Position numbers and translations under genes: made by a program. Shown here piece after piece: positions 49,364-58,120 of a stretch of 64,000 nucleotides of DNA. How positions within the stretch are numbered: position 1 is the stretch's first letter; each line of letters begins with the position of its first letter. The stretch lies in NCBI GenBank assembly GCA_022709525.1, contig JAKLIQ010000004.1:9260-73259 (forward strand), read 5' to 3'. The DNA is from Candidatus Omnitrophota bacterium. GTDB lineage: Bacteria > Omnitrophota > Omnitrophia > Omnitrophales > Aquincolibacteriaceae. The notes beneath the pieces are model-generated. The model had not been told where the DNA came from. It did not search any database and saw only the letters and a list, made by a program, of their open reading frames with translations.

Positions 49364-49444
49364 ATGCGAGACTTACGGGTCTCGACTCACCTGCAGAGGT
49401 TCGTGGCCACCAGATCCCCACTCGGTCACGAACCTCTTTTTTTT
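49364..49444 (+). ncRNA. Candidate small RNA (~80 nt) running from the consensus promoter to an intrinsic terminator
   Basis: A 5' hairpin CGAGAC-TTACGG-GTCTCG, then a terminator GAGGTTCGTG...CACGAACCTC plus T8 at 49396-49444. No ORF. It lies between two REP copies. Confidence 0.45.
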
Positions 49445-49572
49445 CAGCCATGAGCCGTTTTTTGCGAATGGACTGATCCGCCACGCTTTATGGCGGATGC
49501 TCAAAATGAGCTTTTTATGCGAATGGACTGCATTGACTTTGGTTTGTAATTTAACGGTAGTCAAGACTGCCC

Positions 49573-49639
49573 CATCCCGCCTCTGTGACGGCGGGATGAT
49601 AAGAATTGGGACTGATCCCCGCCTACCGGCAGGCAGGCG
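49573..49639. repeat. Second repeat family, copy A: hairpin CATCCCGCCTCTG(TGAC)GGCGGGATG plus GCCTACCGGCAGGCAGGCG
   Basis: A related copy lies at 57761-57821. A TTGGGACTGATCCCCGCCTACC-like motif is also found at 57888-57907. Confidence 0.6.
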
Positions 49640-49649
49640 CCAAACAGCA

Positions 49650-49676
49650 CCCTGTACACACCCGGTGTGTACAGGG
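49650..49676. repeat. REP element (full 27-mer, CCCGG core)
   Basis: CCCTGTACACACCCGGTGTGTACAGGG. Confidence 0.9.
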
Positions 49677-49707
49677 TATATTAGACCGCAGGATGGGAGA
49701 GTGACCT

Positions 49708-50079
49708 ATGGAACCCGATAAAGACATACGATTTACCGAAAAAAAGGTCGATGAAAGCTGGAAAGAACAGGCGGAAAGCGTCAAGGCGAAAGCCGCCCCG
49801 CCGCCGTCCGCGGCTGGCGCCAAACCCAAAACGGTCGAAACTTCGAAAGCGTTTTTAAATCTTGTCCAGTCTCTTGGGTATCAGGCGCTGATGCATTTGG
49901 GCGAGATCCCGGATCCCATGACGCAGCAGCGTGAGGTCAATACCGACGCCGCAAAAGAAACGATCGATCTTCTGGCCATGCTCCGCGATAAAACCCAGGG
50001 CAACCTGAGCGATGAAGAGAAGAAGATCCTCGAAACGCTCCTGGCCCAACTGCAGATCAAATTTTCCCAAAGCGTATGA
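49708..50079 (+). CDS. DUF1844-family protein
   Basis: ...FLNLVQSLGYQALMHLGEIPDPMTQQREVNTDAAKETIDLLAMLRDKTQGNLSDEEKKILE... matches the DUF1844 pattern. Confidence 0.6.
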   Translation: MEPDKDIRFTEKKVDESWKEQAESVKAKAAPPPSAAGAKPKTVETSKAFLNLVQSLGYQALMHLGEIPDPMTQQREVNTDAAKETIDLLAMLRDKTQGNLSDEEKKILETLLAQLQIKFSQSV

Positions 50080-51074
50080 GCGCCCTCGGCAAGCATAAGG
50101 GGAAGATCCTCCGGTTCGCCATCAGTTTTGCCGCGATCGGGGTTATTGTCTATGTCATGCGGGATAAGATCCATGATTCCATGGCGATCCTTCGCCACGA
50201 GGTCTTGTGGGGCTGGTTCGCTCTCGCGGCCGCGGGGTATTTCGCCGGGCTCGCGATCCTGGCCGTCCGGCTCCAGTGGGTCTTCCGTGTCCAGAATATC
50301 CACATGAGCTTTCGCGAGTCCTTCCATCTCGGCGTTGTGGGGCTTTTTTATAATCTGATGCTGCCCTCCGCGGTGGGCGGGGATGTCGCCAAGGCGTTTT
50401 ACGCTTACAAGTATTCAGGCAAGAAGATCGAATCGGCAACCTCGATCCTCTTGGACCGCTTGATGGGCTTTGTCGCCCTCATCATTATGGCCGTGATCGG
50501 GCTGGTTTACTTCAGCAAAGAGGCCTCGAACGCCTATATTGATTACGCCGTCTACGGAGCGCTGGGCGTCCTCCTGTTTTGCATCGCTTTTTTCTCAAGC
50601 CGCCGCTTTGCCCGGCTTTTTAAGGGGTTCGCCCGCCTGATCCCGAGCGAGAAATGGAAGGCGCGCCTCGCGGAGATCTACCACGCGATCTACGGTTACC
50701 GGCATCATCACGGCCCCGTCCTGATGGCAGTCCTTCTTTCTTTTGCCGGCCAAGCGCTTTTCATCTCCGTCAACTACTGGCTGACCTTGAGTTTGTCGGC
50801 CGGTATCGATTACTGGAAATTTTTTATCTTGATACCCGTTATCTCCATCGTTAGTATGGCACCTTCCATCGGCGGCCTCGGCGTCCGGGAAGGTTGTATC
50901 CTGCTTCTTTTCGGGCGCTATTTGCCTCCGGAACGGGCCGGCGCGCTGATGATCCTGATGTTCATCATGACCTACGCCTTCAGCATCGGCGCCGGTATCT
51001 GGTACGCGTTCCGGGGCGGCCTTAAGCCCAAAGCCCTCAACGAAATGGAAATGATGCAATCCCCAAAGGGATAG
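50076..51074 (+). CDS. UPF0104 / lysylphosphatidylglycerol-synthase-TM-like (flippase-like) membrane protein
   Basis: About 8 TM helices, with GGDVAKAFY and PSIGGLGVREG motifs. Confidence 0.6.
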   Translation: MSALGKHKGKILRFAISFAAIGVIVYVMRDKIHDSMAILRHEVLWGWFALAAAGYFAGLAILAVRLQWVFRVQNIHMSFRESFHLGVVGLFYNLMLPSAVGGDVAKAFYAYKYSGKKIESATSILLDRLMGFVALIIMAVIGLVYFSKEASNAYIDYAVYGALGVLLFCIAFFSSRRFARLFKGFARLIPSEKWKARLAEIYHAIYGYRHHHGPVLMAVLLSFAGQALFISVNYWLTLSLSAGIDYWKFFILIPVISIVSMAPSIGGLGVREGCILLLFGRYLPPERAGALMILMFIMTYAFSIGAGIWYAFRGGLKPKALNEMEMMQSPKG

Positions 51075-51103
51075 TTTAAAATAACGGCGGAGAACATGTT
51101 TTT

Positions 51104-51583
51104 ATGATGAAGATCCTCGTGATCCATGGCCCGAACTTGCAGCTCCTGGGGGAGCGGGAAGTTTCGGTCTACGGCAAAGTGACCCTGAAACAGATCAACG
51201 CGGCCCTGGAAAAGGAAGCGAAAACGCTCGGCGTCGCGCTTGCGATCGAGCAAAGCAACCATGAGGGCGCGATCGTTGACCGTGTCGGAAATGCGCGCGA
51301 GAGTTTTGACGCGATCCTGATCAATCCCGCCGCCTACACCCACACGAGCGTTGCCATCCGGGACGCTTTAGCCGCTTGCGGCCTTCCCGCCGTCGAAGTC
51401 CACTTAAGCCACATTTACCGCCGCGAGGATTTCCGCCAGCATTCCATGACCGCCCCGGCATGCGTTGCCCAGGTAACGGGGTTCGGCAAAGACAGTTATC
51501 TTCTGGGCCTGCGCGGCCTCGTCGCCTACGCATCTCAAATGAAACCCAAGAAAAAAACATCCGCCGTGAGGAAAAGAAAATGA
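51104..51583 (+). CDS. aroQ: 3-dehydroquinate dehydratase, type II
   Basis: [21 protein letters not shown] ... [16 protein letters not shown] ... EVHLSHI. Confidence 0.9.
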   Translation: MMKILVIHGPNLQLLGEREVSVYGKVTLKQINAALEKEAKTLGVALAIEQSNHEGAIVDRVGNARESFDAILINPAAYTHTSVAIRDALAACGLPAVEVHLSHIYRREDFRQHSMTAPACVAQVTGFGKDSYLLGLRGLVAYASQMKPKKKTSAVRKRK

Positions 51584-52047
51584 ACATCAAAGAGATCCGC
51601 GAACTTTTAGAATTGATGGCCGAGCACAATCTCGGAGAGATCGAGGTCGAAAAAGACGACATGAAGATCAAGCTTCGCAAGCTCGCGAACGGCCGCATCA
51701 TGGTCGAGGGCGCGCCGCAGATGGCCGCGCCGGCCCCGGCGGCCATGCCGGCTTCGGCTCCAGCGGCTGCCGCGGCTCCCGCCGGACAACCCGCCGTCGA
51801 GGAGGGTGTGACGATCGTCCGCTCGCCGATGGTCGGGACCTTTTATGCCGCGCCGGCGCCGGACCAGCCGCCTTATGTGACGGTTGGGAAGGTCATCAAG
51901 GAAGGCGACGTCCTCTGCATCATCGAAGCCATGAAGCTCATGAATGAGATCAAGGCGGAGTTGGGCGGCACGGTGATCGAGGTCATGGTCCAGAACGGCC
52001 AGACCGTCGAATACGATCAGCCGATCTTCAAGATCAAAAAATCCTGA
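51580..52047 (+). CDS. accB: Acetyl-CoA carboxylase biotin carboxyl carrier protein
   Basis: C-terminal biotinyl domain with the EAMKLMNEI motif, and an Ala/Pro linker. The ATG overlaps the aroQ stop. Confidence 0.9.
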   Translation: MNIKEIRELLELMAEHNLGEIEVEKDDMKIKLRKLANGRIMVEGAPQMAAPAPAAMPASAPAAAAAPAGQPAVEEGVTIVRSPMVGTFYAAPAPDQPPYVTVGKVIKEGDVLCIIEAMKLMNEIKAELGGTVIEVMVQNGQTVEYDQPIFKIKKS

Positions 52048-52087
52048 TCCCGGCATTCAACCCCTAACGACTTAAACGGAAAAAATC

Positions 52088-53473
52088 ATGTTCTCAAAAG
52101 TCCTTATTGCAAATCGAGGCGAGATCGCGGTACGCATCATTCGCGCCTGCCACGAACTGGGCATCAAGACCGTGGCGGTCTTCTCCAAGGCCGATCGCGA
52201 GTCGCTCCATGTTAAATTGTCCGATGACGCCATTTGTATCGGGGAATCCCCAAGCGCTGAAAGTTATCTGAATATCCCGGCGCTTATTTCGGCCGCCGAG
52301 ATCGCGGATGTCGAAGCGATCCATCCCGGTTACGGGTTCCTGGCCGAGAATGCGCACTTTGCCGAGATCTGCGAATCCTGCCAGATCAAATTCATCGGCC
52401 CCAGGCCCGAAAGCATCCGGCTCGCGGGCGATAAATCCGTCGCGCGGCTTGAAATGAAAAAAGCCGGCGTTCCCATCATTCCAGGGAGCAAGGGCACGAT
52501 CAAGGACCAGGAAGAAGCGTTGAAGCTCGCCAAAAAACTCGGCTACCCCGTGATCATCAAAGCGTCCGCCGGCGGCGGCGGGAAGGGCATCAAGATCGCC
52601 CATAATGACGGCAAGCTTATCAGCGCTTTTCTCACGGCCCAAACCGAGGCCGAAGCCGCGTTCGGGAACGGCGAGGTCTATATCGAAAAATATATCGAAG
52701 AGCCGCGCCATATCGAAGTCCAGATCATGGCCGACAGCTTCGGAAACATCGTCCATTTGGGCGAACGCGACTGTTCGGTCCAGCGCCGCCATCAAAAACT
52801 GATCGAAGAATCGCCGGCCCCGGGTGTGAGCGCCAAGCTCCGGCGCAAGATCGGCGAGGCCGCGACCCGCGCCGCCAAAGCGTTCAAATACGAGAACGCC
52901 GGCACGATCGAATTCCTTCTCGACAAGAACGATGATTTTTATTTTATGGAAATGAATACGCGCCTTCAGGTCGAACATCCCGTGACGGAAATGGTAACGG
53001 GGCTCGACCTTGTCAAAGAACAGCTTCGTGTCGCGGCGGGCGAGAAATTGAGTTTTACTCAGGAACAAGTGGAGATCACAGGGCACGCGATCGAATGCCG
53101 CATCAATGCCGAAGACCCGGATAATAATTTTATGCCGTCTCCCGGAAAGATCGAAGTGTGGCGCATGCCCGGCGGCCCCAATGTCCGGCTGGACAGCCAT
53201 GTTTACACGGGATATTCCATCCCTCCTTTTTATGACTCCATGATCGCCAAGCTGATCGCTTACGGCAAAAACCGCCAGGACGCGATCACGGTCATGCTCC
53301 GGGCGCTTCGCGAGATCGAAGTAAAGCCCGTGAAAACCACGGCGCCTCTTCACACGCGCATTTTAAGCCACCCGCGTTTCCGGCAGGGCGGGGTCAACAC
53401 GAATTTTATCGAATCGACCATTTTCGGGACCGGAAAAGTGGAAGAGCCGGGAGCCGGTAAAGAGAAGAAATGA
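52088..53473 (+). CDS. accC: Acetyl-CoA carboxylase biotin carboxylase
   Basis: ATP-grasp fold and biotin carboxylase motifs ([24 protein letters not shown]). Confidence 0.95.
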   Translation: MFSKVLIANRGEIAVRIIRACHELGIKTVAVFSKADRESLHVKLSDDAICIGESPSAESYLNIPALISAAEIADVEAIHPGYGFLAENAHFAEICESCQIKFIGPRPESIRLAGDKSVARLEMKKAGVPIIPGSKGTIKDQEEALKLAKKLGYPVIIKASAGGGGKGIKIAHNDGKLISAFLTAQTEAEAAFGNGEVYIEKYIEEPRHIEVQIMADSFGNIVHLGERDCSVQRRHQKLIEESPAPGVSAKLRRKIGEAATRAAKAFKYENAGTIEFLLDKNDDFYFMEMNTRLQVEHPVTEMVTGLDLVKEQLRVAAGEKLSFTQEQVEITGHAIECRINAEDPDNNFMPSPGKIEVWRMPGGPNVRLDSHVYTGYSIPPFYDSMIAKLIAYGKNRQDAITVMLRALREIEVKPVKTTAPLHTRILSHPRFRQGGVNTNFIESTIFGTGKVEEPGAGKEKK

Positions 53474-54036
53474 AGGTCGCCTCCGCATTCGCCCAGCTTT
53501 TTGCGATCCTTGCTTTTTTGACGCTGGGCAGTTTGATGATCATCGTTTCGCTTCATCTTCTGGCGTTCGATGACGCGATCCTGAAGGTTCAGGAGATCTA
53601 TCAGAGCTCTTGGCGTTCGGGCCAGGTCGGAGTCGTAGGACTGATCTTTATCGGGCTCGGCCTCGCGTTCGCCAAGATGCTCGTCAAGTCGGGCCGGCCG
53701 AATGAAGCGATCATTTTTCAAAGCGAGGTAGGGCCGATGGTGGTGTCGGCGGCGACGCTCGGGAACGCGGCCGCGAAAGCGATCAAACATTTTCCGCTCG
53801 TCAAGGGCGTGAAGGTCAAAGTCAATATCATCGGCAAGAACGTCGAGATCAAGCTCCGGCTCGCGCTTTGGGCCGGCGGCCACGTACCGACGGTCTTGTC
53901 GGAATTGCAGCAGGAAGTCCAGCAGCGCGTCAAACGTCTGCTCGGGGCCGAAAACCAGCTTACGGTGATCTGCGACGTGAAAGAGATCGACGAAGCAGGA
54001 ACAGGCCTTCAGGATTTCGGAAACTTAAGAAAATAA
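53470..54036 (+). CDS. Asp23/Gls24-like envelope stress protein with an N-terminal TM anchor
   Basis: TM N-terminus, and ...[21 protein letters not shown]...[10 protein letters not shown] resembles Asp23. Confidence 0.45.
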   Translation: MKVASAFAQLFAILAFLTLGSLMIIVSLHLLAFDDAILKVQEIYQSSWRSGQVGVVGLIFIGLGLAFAKMLVKSGRPNEAIIFQSEVGPMVVSAATLGNAAAKAIKHFPLVKGVKVKVNIIGKNVEIKLRLALWAGGHVPTVLSELQQEVQQRVKRLLGAENQLTVICDVKEIDEAGTGLQDFGNLRK

Positions 54037-54069
54037 CGCAATCTTAACTTGAAGAAGGAGAATATAGAA

Positions 54070-55098
54070 ATGAAGCGTATTGGTATGTTGACGGGTGGCG
54101 GGGATTGTCCGGGTCTTAACGCGGTATTGCGCGCGATCGTAAGAACCGCAAAACTGGAGCATTGGGCTTGCCTCGGTTTCAAACGCGGCTGGAAGGGGAT
54201 GATCCAGAACGATTTTGAAGAGTTGACGCTCGCTTCGGTGTCCGGGATCCTGCCGCGCGGCGGAACGATCCTGGAAACTTCGAGGACGAATCCTTGCAAA
54301 AAAGAAGAGGACATGCAGAAAGTCCGCGAGACCATTAAAAAGAACAAGCTCGATGCGTTGATCGCGATCGGCGGCGAGGATACCCTTGGGGCCGCCAACA
54401 AGCTTTTCAAGGAGGGGCTGCCGATCATCGGGGTTCCTAAAACGATCGATAATGACCTGAACGCGACCGATTATACCTTTGGTTATGATACGGCGCTCAA
54501 TATCGCCACCGAATGCATCGACCGCCTCCATACAACGGCAGAATCGCACGAGCGCGTGATGGTGGTCGAGATCATGGGACGCCACGCAGGATGGATCGCG
54601 CTTGAATCCGGGATCGCCGGAGGCGCGGATGTGATCCTCATTCCGGAAGTGGCGGTCACGGCGGATGAGATCTGCGATCACATCGTGGCTCGCCACAAAC
54701 GGGGAAAACATTTCAGCATCGTGGCTGTTGCCGAGGGTTTTTCCATCAAGGGCGAAGACCTTGTGACGGCCACTAAAGAGCTTGATGCGTTCGGGCATGT
54801 ATTGCTCGGCGGCGTCGGAGATCGGTTAGCGAAGCTGATCGAGAAGAAGACGGGTTATGAAACCCGCTGCACGGTGCTCGGCCATATCCAGCGCGGTGGT
54901 TCACCTACGGCGTTCGATCGCGTCCTTGGAACTCGTTTTGGCGTGAAGGCCGTCGAGCTCGTGAAGTTGAACAAATTCGGTTATATGGTCGCCCTTAAAG
55001 GGCGGGACATCGTGGAAGTGCCGCTTGCCGACGCGGTGGGGGCGTTGAAGACGGTCCCAATGGACATGTACGAACTCACCAAGATCTTTGCGGGTTAG
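54070..55098 (+). CDS. pfkA: 6-phosphofructokinase (PfkA family; the GGED variant of the GGDG/GGDD motif leaves phosphoryl-donor specificity unresolved)
   Basis: GMLTGGGDCPGLNA ... IGGEDTLG ... PKTIDNDL. RBS GAAGGAG precedes ATG 54070. Confidence 0.85.
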   Translation: MKRIGMLTGGGDCPGLNAVLRAIVRTAKLEHWACLGFKRGWKGMIQNDFEELTLASVSGILPRGGTILETSRTNPCKKEEDMQKVRETIKKNKLDALIAIGGEDTLGAANKLFKEGLPIIGVPKTIDNDLNATDYTFGYDTALNIATECIDRLHTTAESHERVMVVEIMGRHAGWIALESGIAGGADVILIPEVAVTADEICDHIVARHKRGKHFSIVAVAEGFSIKGEDLVTATKELDAFGHVLLGGVGDRLAKLIEKKTGYETRCTVLGHIQRGGSPTAFDRVLGTRFGVKAVELVKLNKFGYMVALKGRDIVEVPLADAVGALKTVPMDMYELTKIFAG

Positions 55099-55101
55099 TC
55101 G

Positions 55102-55674
55102 ATGAAAACCACTTTTGAGACGCTCATCAAAGGGCATCAGGAAGCTTTTCAGAAGACGTTCGTTCCGGCCCAATTCGAAGTTCTTGAAAAGATGGCGAAC
55201 GCCGTCATTCACGCCCTCAAGGCGGGAAACAAGATCCTTCTTTGCGGGAACGGCGGTTCGGCTTCGGATTCGCTCCATATCGCGGCGGAATTTGTCGGCC
55301 GCTTTGAAAAAAACCGCATGAGCCTTCCGGCGATCGCGCTTACGGCGGACATCGCCGCGCTGACGGCGATCGGCAATGACTTCGGGTTCGATAAGGTTTT
55401 TTCGCGCCAGATCGAAGGCCTCGGGAAAAAAGGCGACATTTTGATCGTGCTTTCGACGTCCGGCCGGTCTCCGAATATCCTTGAGGCGATCACGCAGGCA
55501 AAACAGCAGGGGATCTTGACGCTCGGATTTACGGGCAAAGACGGCGGCATCCTAAAAGACGCCGTTGATATTTGTTTTATCGCAAAGGCGCAGAAGACCA
55601 CTTATATCCAGGAGGCCCACATCGCCGCTCTCCACGCCCTCTGCGAGATTGTCGAAACGATCCTGTTTGGTTAA
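55102..55674 (+). CDS. gmhA: Phosphoheptose isomerase (SIS domain)
   Basis: LLCGNGGSASDSLHIAAEF ... LSTSGRSPN. Confidence 0.85.
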   Translation: MKTTFETLIKGHQEAFQKTFVPAQFEVLEKMANAVIHALKAGNKILLCGNGGSASDSLHIAAEFVGRFEKNRMSLPAIALTADIAALTAIGNDFGFDKVFSRQIEGLGKKGDILIVLSTSGRSPNILEAITQAKQQGILTLGFTGKDGGILKDAVDICFIAKAQKTTYIQEAHIAALHALCEIVETILFG

Positions 55675-55693
55675 CCGTCCGGTTGGTTTCACT

Positions 55694-56167
55694 ATGATCT
55701 CAAAGATCCTGACACAGCGTGATCTCCTGAAAACAGTCCGGCGCCTGAGGGCGCGTGGCAGGCGCATCGCTTTCACGAACGGGACTTTTGATATCCTGCA
55801 TCTCGGCCATGTGACCTATCTCCAAAAGGCCAAGGCGGCGGCGGACGTGTTGATCGTTGGCGTCAATACGGACCGTTCGGTCAAAACCTACAAAGATCCA
55901 AGCCGTCCCGTCAATCCCCAGCAAGACCGGATCAAGGTTTTGACGGCGCTTTCCTGTGTCGATTATGCGATTCTTTTCGACGAACCTACGCCCCTTCGTC
56001 TCATCAAGCAGATGAAGCCGAATGTGCTTGTTAAAGGCGCGGATTGGGCGATCAAGGATATCGTCGGCGCCAAGGAAGTGATGTCTTGGGGCGGAAAAGT
56101 GAAGCGTATCCCGCTCGTCAAAGGGCGTTCTTCGACCCGGGTGATCAAATTGCTGAAGCTTGCCTAA
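55694..56167 (+). CDS. D-glycero-beta-D-manno-heptose 1-phosphate adenylyltransferase (RfaE domain II / HldE C-terminus, cytidylyltransferase fold)
   Basis: FTNGTFDILHLGHVTYL (HxGH) ... VNTDRSV ... ISSTRV-like C-terminus. Confidence 0.8.
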   Translation: MISKILTQRDLLKTVRRLRARGRRIAFTNGTFDILHLGHVTYLQKAKAAADVLIVGVNTDRSVKTYKDPSRPVNPQQDRIKVLTALSCVDYAILFDEPTPLRLIKQMKPNVLVKGADWAIKDIVGAKEVMSWGGKVKRIPLVKGRSSTRVIKLLKLA

Positions 56168-56819
56168 CCTCATGGGCTGGCGTGAAAAAGTTTTTGAAAA
56201 TTTCCGGCTTTACGGAGTTACCGACCTAAAAAGAGAGACCCCCGATATGCTTTGGCGGATCGAACGGGCTTATCAGGGGGGAGCCGATATCGTCCAATTG
56301 CGCTCAAAAGAGCTGTCTGATGCGGCGCTTTTGCGGCTTGGGCGTAAGGTCCGGAAGCTCGCTTTGCGCTACCGGAAACTTTTTTTTATCAACGACCGGG
56401 TCGATCTTGCTCATGCGCTCGAAGCTGATGGCGTCCATCTGGGCCAGGACGATATGCCGCTTGATATGGCTCGGCGTTTAGCGGCGCGGGCGGGCCGGCG
56501 GATCCTGATCGGGAAGTCGACGCACAGCTTGAAACAGGCGATTTCGGCCGTTGCCGAAGGCGCGGATTATATCGGGATCGGCCCCGTTTTTAAAACACCG
56601 ACCAAGCAGCACACAAAGCCCGTTGGGCTTAGCTTTATAAGACAAGTCGCCGCGAAGGTCCGCGTCCCTTGGGTTGCGATCGGCGGGATCGATCTCGCGA
56701 ATATCCAAAGCGTGATCGAGGCCGGCGCGACAAGGATCGCTGTGGTTCGGGCGCTTTTTGCTGTCAAGGATCCCAAAATGGCAGCGAAGGAATTTAAACT
56801 TCAATTGGAAGGAAAATGA
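56160..56819 (+). CDS. thiE: Thiamine-phosphate synthase
   Basis: GADIVQLRSKE ... VHLGQDD ... IGIGPVFKTPTK ... AIGGI. Confidence 0.85.
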   Translation: MPNLMGWREKVFENFRLYGVTDLKRETPDMLWRIERAYQGGADIVQLRSKELSDAALLRLGRKVRKLALRYRKLFFINDRVDLAHALEADGVHLGQDDMPLDMARRLAARAGRRILIGKSTHSLKQAISAVAEGADYIGIGPVFKTPTKQHTKPVGLSFIRQVAAKVRVPWVAIGGIDLANIQSVIEAGATRIAVVRALFAVKDPKMAAKEFKLQLEGK

Positions 56820-56820
56820 A

Positions 56821-57735
56821 ATGTCAAAACCGCCTATATTGATCGTGATCGGCACCGTTGCCATCGATGAGCTCTCAACCCCGTTCGGCGCCCAGCAGAC
56901 GGTTTTTGGAGGCTCGGCTTCTTACTTTTCCTACGCCGCAAGTTTTTTCACAAAAGTCGGCGTTGTCGCCGTGGTGGGACAAGATTTTCCTGAAGAATAT
57001 CGCAAGGTTCTCGCGGAAAAGGATGTCGATTTAAGCCATCTGGTAACGCTGCCCGGCAAGACATTCCATTGGAAAGGCAAGTATGAGGCGGACATGAATT
57101 CGGCTATTACGCTCCAGACAGATCTGAACGTACTGTTGGATTTCAAGCCGGAGCTTCGCTATACCACGATGCCGGAATTTGTTTTTCTCGCGAATGTCGA
57201 TCCGGCGCTCCAGTTGAAAGTCCTGGACCAGGTTCAAGGATCGAAACTTAAATTCGTCGCGTGCGATACGATGAATTTCTGGATCCAGAACAAACGGCCC
57301 CAAGTTGAGCAGGTTTTGCGCAGAGTCCATGCGGTTTTCATGAATGACGGCGAGGCCCGGCAGCTCACTGGAGAGGTCAATTTGATCAAAGCCGCCCAGG
57401 CGATCCACAATATGGGGCCAGAATACGTGATCATCAAGAAAGGGGAGCACGGAGCGCTTCTTTACAGCCATGAAGGGGTTTTTATTTATCCCGCCTATCC
57501 TTTGGATAGCGTTTATGACCCGACTGGCGCCGGAGACAGCTTTGCCGGAGGCGTCATGGGTTATCTGGCCGCAGCGCGGAACGTCAATCTCAAGACCATG
57601 AAGACCGCGATCGCCTACGGCACCATTGTGGCGTCTTTTACGGTCGAAAAATTCGGCCTGGAACGGCTGCGGGAAATAAAGCGCGAGCACTTCGATAAAC
57701 GGCTGGAAGTTTTAAAGAAAATCTGTAAAATTTGA
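56821..57735 (+). CDS. PfkB-family carbohydrate/pyrimidine kinase
   Basis: Ribokinase-like fold with C-terminal DPTGAGDSFAGG motif. The ATG is 1 nt after the thiE stop. Confidence 0.75.
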   Translation: MSKPPILIVIGTVAIDELSTPFGAQQTVFGGSASYFSYAASFFTKVGVVAVVGQDFPEEYRKVLAEKDVDLSHLVTLPGKTFHWKGKYEADMNSAITLQTDLNVLLDFKPELRYTTMPEFVFLANVDPALQLKVLDQVQGSKLKFVACDTMNFWIQNKRPQVEQVLRRVHAVFMNDGEARQLTGEVNLIKAAQAIHNMGPEYVIIKKGEHGALLYSHEGVFIYPAYPLDSVYDPTGAGDSFAGGVMGYLAAARNVNLKTMKTAIAYGTIVASFTVEKFGLERLREIKREHFDKRLEVLKKICKI

Positions 57736-57760
57736 GGGAAGGCGCAGTTTGCCGGACGTT

Positions 57761-57821
57761 CATCCCGCCTCTGGCGGGATCAAATTCCTGCAATAACTTG
57801 CGCCTGCCTGCGGTAGGCAGG
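57761..57821. repeat. Second repeat family, copy B (CATCCCGCCTCTGGCGGGAT ... GCGCCTGCCTGCGGTAGGCAGG)
   Basis: Matches 49573-49639 (the second hairpin is inverted). Confidence 0.55.
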
Positions 57822-57849
57822 TTTCGCAATTTATGCAGTCATTTGACAA

Positions 57850-57901
57850 GCGGGATTAGCCCCAACTCCATCAAATCTTCAAGGAGGTTGGGACTATCCC
57901 G
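57850..57901 (+). other. tRNA-Gly-derived fragment. The 16-nt tRNA 5' end plus leader (TGACAAGCGGGATTAG, 57844-57859) is duplicated 79 nt upstream of the real tRNA, paired with a matching ATCCCGC 3' end.
   Basis: Direct repeat 57844-57859 and 57923-57938. The fragment GCGGGATTAG...ATCCCGC lacks the tRNA body. Confidence 0.5.
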
Positions 57902-57928
57902 CTTACCAATCAAGCTTTTAGATGACAA

Positions 57929-57999
57929 GCGGGATTAGTACAATGGTAGTACAACAGCTTCCCAAGCTGTGGACACGGGTTCGATTCCCGTATCCCGCT
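57929..57999 (+). tRNA. tRNA-Gly (anticodon CCC)
   Basis: Acceptor GCGGGAT/ATCCCGC, anticodon stem ACAGC/GCTGT with loop TTCCCAA, and T-arm ACGGG-TTCGATT-CCCGT. Confidence 0.85.
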
Positions 58000-58086
58000 G
58001 ATTTCCAATAAATCAGCACGATGCCGTCACGTCCTAAGGTGGGACGTGTACGGCAATCGCGCTCTTTTTTAAAAACAGCGAGACAA

Positions 58087-58120
58087 AGCCCGCCCTTATC
58101 GCGGCGGGCTTGTTTTCTTT
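58087..58120 (+). terminator. Intrinsic terminator downstream of tRNA-Gly, ending at the Nudix gene start codon
   Basis: AGCCCGCC-CTTATCG-CGGCGGGCT followed by TGTTTTCTTT. Confidence 0.7.

Noticed and set aside
33900-49676. Possibility that the recurring 27-nt palindromes form a CRISPR array
   Set aside because: Copies are tens of kb apart, with no regular spacing and no spacers, and they occur in both orientations. They are REP elements associated with a RAYT.
52094-53353. 419-aa minus-strand ORF antisense to accC
   Set aside because: accC is unambiguous on the plus strand.
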